From: a virus
Lineage: Duplodnaviria; Caudoviricetes
Direction: 5' to 3' (one strand)
DNA: 30,018 bases
Virus record (IMG/VR): IMGVR_UViG_3300023175_002562
Span: 1-30,018 of that record
Made by a program: the position numbers and the translations under genes. Numbering within the stretch: the first letter of the stretch is position 1; each line of letters begins with the position of its first letter. This document shows, piece after piece, positions 25,401-30,018 of this stretch. Below the pieces are notes generated by a model, which saw only the letters and a list, made by a program, of their open reading frames with translations, searched no databases and was not told the DNA's origin.

Positions 25401-25690
25401 ATGCCAACATTACCACTATAAACAGACAGCCTTACATTACCATTAGCATCCGCATCAATAATGGGGAAACCAGAAATATCATTAACAGAATATATTATTC
25501 CAGATGACAGATTATTATTAAGTGCAAATACCTGACCCTCATATCCCTCAAAACTCAGCGTGCCTTCTGCATCATCTAAGACTTTGAGAGTTATAGAACT
25601 ATTTCCCGCTCCTGTAAAGGTAATACTTGGTTGGTCTACCGTAGAACCAATAGAAGGTTGTATTACAATATTCTTATCAGAATTCGCCAT
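22436..25690 (-). CDS. Tail-fibre-like protein with internal repeats and a C-terminal carbohydrate-binding-like domain
   Basis: 1084 aa, G/T/S-rich; GNVGIGT, ATSFxGDGS and DTTPQLGGNLDLN repeats; C-terminal NRNIIING...TLSFWV...ITGVQLEIG...ELARCQRYY module. Confidence 0.85.
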   Translation of the reverse strand: MANSDKNIVIQPSIGSTVDQPSITFTGAGNSSITLKVLDDAEGTLSFEGYEGQVFALNNNLSSGIIYSVNDISGFPIIDADANGNVRLSVYSGNVGIGTTLATAKLDVNGTVKATSFSGDGSALTGITAGISSVVEDTTPQLGGNLDLNSFNIDGTGNIDITGIITATSFVGDGSGITGVAGTGGISNLVEDTTPQLGGNLDLNSNNIDGTGNISITGIITATSFEGDGSALTGVSAGTTPTENTTNQSQFIPFYVGTSSTDVVGVSTESFVFNPSTTRMGIGTDSPQSTLHVVDEFLVSTSGAGSTQRITQRAYTTDNGTLSWEASAGQLFSLTNNLTSGSLFSVNDGGGVPSIDVDADGTIQLAPYGTNDNVGVGTISPTSKFHVVGESNLNGVKVDSGIVTSKSGIVTDTTFYGNLVSKDISVSADNGTEIFSVDGSDTDSTIFEIVDTNDAQILGVTTDANIIFGGATGIASVGIGSTLPTVALDVSGEIKATSFSGDGSKLNTNGFSTSLSLDSTNPLFRIYHEPNILTFPSGTYTVETDSSHDNQVFTKSESITISTGSTVTISTGTTFKTNIVDLFPAEYVGAATTVETDRLIVTTSVGGTFKDAMQLVAYEAGIDNQRSGSLSFEDPIDNEQFFSISKTPKESVYTLFSVMDTNFGTAFIVNVDGDVGVGTTNPSAAALTTNTKKFHAGIVTTNNLYADSLEVNTINSTEVGSTGALSNRNIIINGAQTISQRYSLGEVTSVSGASYSEYQTDRFEINFNNLGVVGASQTTTAPDGFVNSLKIDCTTADASPADEDYFYIAQKIEGYNVQQFKYGISDALQVTLSFWVRSSKTGTYICEFFQQGNTRQQSQTYTIDSADTWEQKTITIDGDTASTLANDNSDEFSVHWWLGAGQDYDGGNPLEFPFLTQELNTSWNTSANRSRAYGGTNICDSTSNEWYITGVQLEIGNQRSSFEHRIYGDELARCQRYYYKTQPGQYRSFAMGYNRNTTLTHAFTTFPVPLRAAPTSIETSGSAGDYSINYLASNATCSVVPSFDYASTEGADFNFTVSSGLTAGQGAKAIAQTDNGYLAWSAEL
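24986..25300 (-). repeat. Tandem 150-bp coding repeat (165-bp period) in the fibre gene
   Basis: 25151-25300 and 24986-25135 both encode ISxxVEDTTPQLGGNLDLNSxNIDGTGNIxITGIITATSFxGDGSxxTGV. Confidence 0.9.
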
Positions 25691-25757
25691 TTACCTAATA
25701 CTACTCCTTATAATGATATTTAGGAATTCTTTTACAGGGCATATGATTCATATTTTA

Positions 25758-26351
25758 TCATTCATAGGCAGTGCCATTCCAGGATTTTGCAATCACTTTA
25801 ATATTAGAAAATCCCCCATAAGTTGAATTAACAGAATAGAAACTAGTATCAACATAGACTGTTTTTCCAGTCCCATAACTTACAGAATGTAGTAATGTAG
25901 ATCCATTATAATGTTTTATGGTTCCGTCAGTATTATAAACTAAGTAGAATGTTTCTGACGTACTCCATGATCCACCAGGAGAAGGAGTGACCGCAGATCC
26001 ATTATTGTATACAACATATATGTCAGTTCTATAAGGATAAGAGGCATGATCCAATGATGTATAACTCGCATTTGTTGTTGGATCTTCATTCCAAGCAATC
26101 ATTGCATATGAAGCACCATTATCACTACTTCCTGCTTGCTTATTGAATTCAATCGTACATGGTGCCGTAAATGATAAATCACTGTAAGCATGATTATTCC
26201 AAGAATTTGATCCCGAAGTCTTAAATATGTCTACAGTATCTGTTCCATTATTTGTTGCCGTTAAATTTCCACTCAAAGTATAAGTTATTTCTTCATATGA
26301 AGCAGGAGCATTAGGAAACTCACCAGTGGTGCGAATCTTTAGAATAGCCAT
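25758..26351 (-). CDS. Beta-sandwich (lectin/SPRY-like) structural protein
   Basis: 197 aa rich in S/T/N/G and aromatic residues (SWNNHAYS, TIEFNK, IKHYNG, VYVDTSFY). It has a GGAG SD and a late promoter. Confidence 0.6.
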   Translation of the reverse strand: MAILKIRTTGEFPNAPASYEEITYTLSGNLTATNNGTDTVDIFKTSGSNSWNNHAYSDLSFTAPCTIEFNKQAGSSDNGASYAMIAWNEDPTTNASYTSLDHASYPYRTDIYVVYNNGSAVTPSPGGSWSTSETFYLVYNTDGTIKHYNGSTLLHSVSYGTGKTVYVDTSFYSVNSTYGGFSNIKVIAKSWNGTAYE

Positions 26352-26376
26352 ATTTAATATCTCCTATCAGTCATGA

Positions 26377-26384
26377 TATTTATA
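26377..26384 (-). promoter_or_regulatory. T4-type late promoter TATAAATA overlapping a LamG gene stop
   Basis: GGA CTA TAA ATA forms TATAAATA. Confidence 0.7.
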
Positions 26385-27093
26385 GTCCATAACGGCCACG
26401 AAAGGCATTATAATTTTTTGTAACTTCTGATGCTGTAAGTTGATCATTATAAATTCTAACAATCGAAACCTTCCCATTCAAATAATTTGTGGTAGCCGTT
26501 TGATATCTAAACAATTGTGTTATGGATGTCTGAAGAGTAGTAATACTTGTGGTAGAAACGAGAGAACCATTTATATAAATTTTTATTGAATCTGCTGTTC
26601 CATCACAAACAGCAACAAGGTGTACCCATTGACTTGAAGGAAGGGTATATCCCAATGATACAACAGCACTACCATTATAATAATATAATTCACTTAACGA
26701 TAAACTACTGTCGGTCCCACCTTCACTAACAGCAAGACCATTAGATCCACCTGTGAAAAAATATCCATAATCACTAGCGGCATTAGGTGGAGTATGATAA
26801 ACCCATGCTTCGTAAGTGAAATCGGTTACACTTATTGTTGAAGTGAGTGTTGCATAATCATTAGACCCATCAAAAACAATGACACCACCATCATCAGAAC
26901 TATAAGTGGGTCCGTTAGTAAGGGTTGCGTTATTCCCACTATCACTCAAATCAGTCCAAGTGGTTCCACTTCCAGGATAAGATGATGAATTACCAGCATC
27001 AAGGTTTAAGACCAGACCCTCTCTATGATAATCATTAAATATGGCAGTGGTTTTTAGTTTTAGTTTATTACCAGACTTTAATCTAACTTTCAT
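26380..27093 (-). CDS. LamG/concanavalin-A-like lectin domain protein
   Basis: GLVLNLDAGNSSSYPGSGTTWTDLS, FDGSNDY, FTYEAW, WVHLV, IYING, VRIYN and RYGL. Confidence 0.85.
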   Translation of the reverse strand: MKVRLKSGNKLKLKTTAIFNDYHREGLVLNLDAGNSSSYPGSGTTWTDLSDSGNNATLTNGPTYSSDDGGVIVFDGSNDYATLTSTISVTDFTYEAWVYHTPPNAASDYGYFFTGGSNGLAVSEGGTDSSLSLSELYYYNGSAVVSLGYTLPSSQWVHLVAVCDGTADSIKIYINGSLVSTTSITTLQTSITQLFRYQTATTNYLNGKVSIVRIYNDQLTASEVTKNYNAFRGRYGL

Positions 27094-27135
27094 CTATACA
27101 TCCTATATTATAAGCATTTTTTATCTTCATAATAA

Positions 27136-27143
27136 TATTTATA
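27136..27143 (-). promoter_or_regulatory. T4-type late promoter TATAAATA overlapping a LamG gene stop
   Basis: GGA CTA TAA ATA forms TATAAATA. Confidence 0.7.
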
Positions 27144-28479
27144 GTCCATAACGACCTTTTATGTTTCTATAATTTTGTTTGACTTCTGCTGCTGTGAGTC
27201 CTTTGCCTTTGTAGACACGGACGTTGGAGACATAACCGTTTAATGGATATGTAGCATTCCAAGTTGAACCAACATCAGCAGCACCAATACCGAAAAGTCC
27301 ACTAGCATCAGTAAAACTTGAATTAGAACCAGAATTTTCAAGAACTCCATTAACATATAAACTAATCGTAGAACCATTTCTAACAGCAGCAATATGATAC
27401 CATTGATTAGTTGCTACATTTGAAGTTCCATTAATTTGAGTTACTGCATTATACCAAAAACCAAACTTACCTCCGGTTTCTTTCCATATTCCCCAACCAG
27501 TACCATTGGTATAATTGTGTCTATTAACAATTCCAACATAACCAGAATTTGAAGTAATATCTTGCAAATAAACAAAGCATTCAACAGTAAAGTCTCCTGT
27601 CCCCAAATTAAAATCACTACTACTAGCAATACTCACATAATCATCAGTCCCATCAAACTCAAAGTATGATGCTCCACTAATTGACTTAGCATCACCATTG
27701 ATTGTAATGGCATGAGCACTGGAACTTCTATCTCTTATGGTTCCCTTCTGACAGGTAAGAAGCACTGTGTTTGGTGCGGACTCTGGGAGAAGTGGTTGTC
27801 TCTTTGGTGTGAAGTTTGATGTGTAGAGTGCGGTGCCTTTGAGGATTCGTAGGTTGGAGATGTAACCATCAAAATAATTAGTGTTTTTGTCACCACCAAT
27901 AACTAAATCATCAGTGTTACTAGTGAGACTTGAGGATGAACTTGTCATCGCAACAGATTGCCCATCATAGAAACCCGTAAACGAACTTCCACTTCTTACC
28001 ATAACTACATGGTGCCATGTATTTGTAGATATGTTGGCGTTAGTCTTAATAGTGGTTGTAGACCACGAAGATCCAGTTGTGCTGTATCGTGCCTGAAGAT
28101 CACCATTAAGTAAAATAAACATAAATGGAGCATATACGGCATTGCTATTTCTTTTAACAAAAAGCACATCCGTTTGTCCCGATGTCTTGATATAAACCCA
28201 AAACTCTAAAGTAAAATCACCTGTTCCAAAATCAAAATCAGCACTATCAGCAATACTCAGATAATCCCCAGTCCCATCAAAATACACAGCACCAGCACCA
28301 CCGAATGGTTCTAGTTTTGGTTCTTGTGTGAATACCGGTCCGTTGGTTAGGGTTCCATTATTACTTCCAATCAAATCAGTCCAAGTAGTACCTGAACCAA
28401 CATAAGACCTTGTGTTTGCGGCATCCAGTCCCAGTACAATTCCACTATCTGCTGTTTCTGGTCCAGAGAATGCACCCAT
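27139..28479 (-). CDS. Double LamG-domain structural protein
   Basis: LDAANTRSYVGSGTTWTDL; two FDGTxDYxSI...GTGDFTxE...WxHxxxVR...GYxSNxR units; ends in RYGL. Confidence 0.87.
   Translation of the reverse strand: MGAFSGPETADSGIVLGLDAANTRSYVGSGTTWTDLIGSNNGTLTNGPVFTQEPKLEPFGGAGAVYFDGTGDYLSIADSADFDFGTGDFTLEFWVYIKTSGQTDVLFVKRNSNAVYAPFMFILLNGDLQARYSTTGSSWSTTTIKTNANISTNTWHHVVMVRSGSSFTGFYDGQSVAMTSSSSSLTSNTDDLVIGGDKNTNYFDGYISNLRILKGTALYTSNFTPKRQPLLPESAPNTVLLTCQKGTIRDRSSSAHAITINGDAKSISGASYFEFDGTDDYVSIASSSDFNLGTGDFTVECFVYLQDITSNSGYVGIVNRHNYTNGTGWGIWKETGGKFGFWYNAVTQINGTSNVATNQWYHIAAVRNGSTISLYVNGVLENSGSNSSFTDASGLFGIGAADVGSTWNATYPLNGYVSNVRVYKGKGLTAAEVKQNYRNIKGRYGL
27635..27744. repeat. Direct repeat A, copy 1 (110 bp; copy 2 at 29281-29390)
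   Basis: 3 mismatches in 110 bp by manual alignment; encodes GTIxDRSxSAHAITINGDAKSISGASYFEFDGTxDYV. Confidence 0.92.
28286..28372. repeat. Direct repeat B, copy 1 (87 bp visible; copy 2 at 29932-30018)
   Basis: 2 mismatches in 87 bp; encodes IGSNNGTLTNGPVFTQEPKLEPFGGAGAV. Copy 2 runs off the window. Confidence 0.92.
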
Positions 28480-28805
28480 TATGCAGGTCCCTCACTAGAA
28501 GTCCAGTCTTCACCAGAAAGGATTTCTAAGATTTCGGAATGGGAATAAGGTCCTTGATAGGTTGAGATTGCTACTCGCTCTGATGAAAGACCAACACCAC
28601 TTACAAAGCTTGGAAGAATTTCTACTTCTTCTTCCACACCGTCTTCATTCATGGCACTTCCATAGTGTCCAAGATAATTCCACTTGACAAATGTCTTTGT
28701 CTGGTCAATAGATTTTCTTACAGTATCTGCCGATGTCTCTGCTACGGCACCAAAATCAACACGATCTAATTCGTCGGTGTTGATAATTAGGTATCTTCTG
28801 TTCAT
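28479..28805 (-). CDS. Small acidic LamG-gene-associated hypothetical protein
   Basis: RYLIINTDELDRVDF..V.ETS.DTVRKSIDQTKTFVKW...GPYSHSEILEILSGEDW. It has an AGGA SD, and its stop overlaps the next ATG. Confidence 0.75.
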   Translation of the reverse strand: MNRRYLIINTDELDRVDFGAVAETSADTVRKSIDQTKTFVKWNYLGHYGSAMNEDGVEEEVEILPSFVSGVGLSSERVAISTYQGPYSHSEILEILSGEDWTSSEGPA

Positions 28806-28829
28806 TTTTTATATTGTCCTTTTAGTTAT

Positions 28830-30017
28830 TTAGATTCCATAACGACCACGAAGGGAATTATAGTTTTGTTCAACTTCTGCTGCTGTAAGAACTTTATTAT
28901 GAAGCATAAAGTTTGATATGCTACCATTCCACTGATAAGTATCTGTATTTCCACCTATGGTTAAATTTGTGTTTGCAGAAGCATTTTTATAAGTTGCTGT
29001 ACCCAAAAGTTCTCCATCATAATATAACTTTGCGTTTGATGATGCATCATTAACAACAACATAGTAATGCCAATTCCCATCGGTTGCACTTGCCGGTGTT
29101 GAAGCAAAAGAATTACTATCACTATCCCAAGTATTCCAACTAATCTTACTATTATAGAAGAACAAATCTGGACCACTTCCACTTGGACCAGCATTAAAGA
29201 GCATGGGAGTGCCACTTAGTGTAGTAGTCTTTGCCCAGCAAGAAAATGTACAAGATGCTGCTTTGGTCACAGGAGCATTTACATAATCATTAGTCCCATC
29301 AAACTCAAAGTATGATGCTCCACTAATTGACTTAGCATCACCATTGATTGTAATGGCATGAGCACTGGGACTTCTATCTTTTATGGTTCCTTTCTCACAT
29401 GTAAGAAGTACAGTATCACTTGTTGCCTCTAGTTTTTTTCTCGGTGGTGTGAAGTTTGATGTGTAGAGTGCTCTGCCTTTGATGACACGGAGGTTGGAGA
29501 TGTAACCGTTAAATGGGTAAGCACCATTATAATGCATACCAATGTAAGCATCTTGAGTAGAAGTAATGTTAAAAGAATTTGTAGCAGATGCTTCTTGAAC
29601 ACCATCCACAAATACTTTTATAGTTGTCCCTTCTCTTGTTGCAGCAACATGATGCCAAGTATTATCAGTAATTATTGAAGTACCTGTAACTTTGTATCCA
29701 TTACTATCAGATCCATCAAAAACAATTAACTCTAATTTATTGTTATTTGTCGCATCCTGCCGAAAAATCCATCCATTAGCAGATCCTGGACTTCCATAAT
29801 CTTGAATTATAACTGCAGGAGTCGCCGTTGATCCGGTTTTGATCCAGGCTTCAATAGTGAAATCTCCCGTACCAAAATTAGTATCAGTAGTATTTGGTAT
29901 TTGTAGCGAATCTCCACTACCATCAAACTCAACAGCACCAGCACCACCAAATGGTTCTAGTTTTGGTTCTTGTGTGAATACAGGTCCGTTGGTTAGGGTT
30001 CCATTATTACTTCCAAT
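28830..30017 (-). CDS. Double LamG-domain structural protein (5' end outside the window)
   Basis: The frame stays open upstream of the track's 29609 start to the window edge: IGSNNGTLTNGPVFTQEPKLEPFGGAGAVEFDGSGDSLQ...FGTGDFTIEAW...WHHVAATREG. It ends in RYGI and is a paralog of 27139-28479. Confidence 0.87.
   Translation of the reverse strand: MGSNNGTLTNGPVFTQEPKLEPFGGAGAVEFDGSGDSLQIPNTTDTNFGTGDFTIEAWIKTGSTATPAVIIQDYGSPGSANGWIFRQDATNNNKLELIVFDGSDSNGYKVTGTSIITDNTWHHVAATREGTTIKVFVDGVQEASATNSFNITSTQDAYIGMHYNGAYPFNGYISNLRVIKGRALYTSNFTPPRKKLEATSDTVLLTCEKGTIKDRSPSAHAITINGDAKSISGASYFEFDGTNDYVNAPVTKAASCTFSCWAKTTTLSGTPMLFNAGPSGSGPDLFFYNSKISWNTWDSDSNSFASTPASATDGNWHYYVVVNDASSNAKLYYDGELLGTATYKNASANTNLTIGGNTDTYQWNGSISNFMLHNKVLTAAEVEQNYNSLRGRYGI
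29281..29390. repeat. Direct repeat A, copy 2
   Basis: Matches 27635-27744 at 107/110 positions. Confidence 0.92.
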
Positions 30018-30018
30018 C
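29932..30018. repeat. Direct repeat B, copy 2
   Basis: Matches 28286-28372 at 85/87 positions. Confidence 0.92.

Noticed and set aside
24957-25421. 154-aa plus-strand ORF with internal repeats, and other plus-strand ORFs such as 18173-18607 and 3545-3883
   Set aside because: These are antisense to well-supported minus-strand genes; the repeats simply mirror the fibre repeats.
28830-29609. ORF-track start at 29609 (259 aa)
   Set aside because: The frame is open to the window edge and aligns with the paralog's N-terminal region, so the true start lies beyond 30018.
7176-30018. Diversity-generating retroelement suggested by DUF1566/C-type-lectin genes and ~100-bp direct repeats
   Set aside because: No reverse transcriptase is in the window. 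The near-identical repeats are in-frame coding segments of LamG genes with mismatches not restricted to adenines (coding-strand G/A, T/C, C/T, G/T). The DUF1566-like 3' ends look like ordinary diverged paralogs with no non-coding template repeat. A remote DGR cannot be excluded.

Overview
This window is from a T4-like cyanophage (Synechococcus/Prochlorococcus-type myovirus), and every supported gene is on the minus strand. It has four parts. (1) About 1-4.3 kb is a conserved replication/metabolism block: gp32 (partial), DUF1825-like, gp59, gp33, a PD-(D/E)XK exonuclease, phoH and thyX. (2) About 4.35-5.0 kb is a compact, apparently nitrogen-responsive cassette. It has an NtcA-type palindrome, a near-consensus sigma70 promoter, two tandem glutamine-riboswitch-like aptamers, a DUF4278-like peptide, a hydrophobic peptide and a terminator. 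The first aptamer carries a whole 61-codon ORF inside its P2 loop. (3) After conserved hypotheticals and a glutaredoxin (5.0-6.8 kb), about 6.8-20.6 kb is an AT-rich, tightly packed island of tailoring enzymes: three glycosyltransferases, a carbamoyltransferase, a sulfotransferase, three 2OG-Fe(II)-type oxygenases, an NDP-sugar dehydrogenase, an amidinotransferase, a short DegT aminotransferase and two radical SAM proteins. Three Cys-containing DUF1566/C-type-lectin-like paralogs bracket it. (4) About 20.6-30 kb holds late structural/receptor-binding genes: a tail-fibre-like protein with internal repeats and LamG-domain paralogs with nested domains and near-identical shared nucleotide blocks. 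All calls come from reading motifs by eye; no database search was run.
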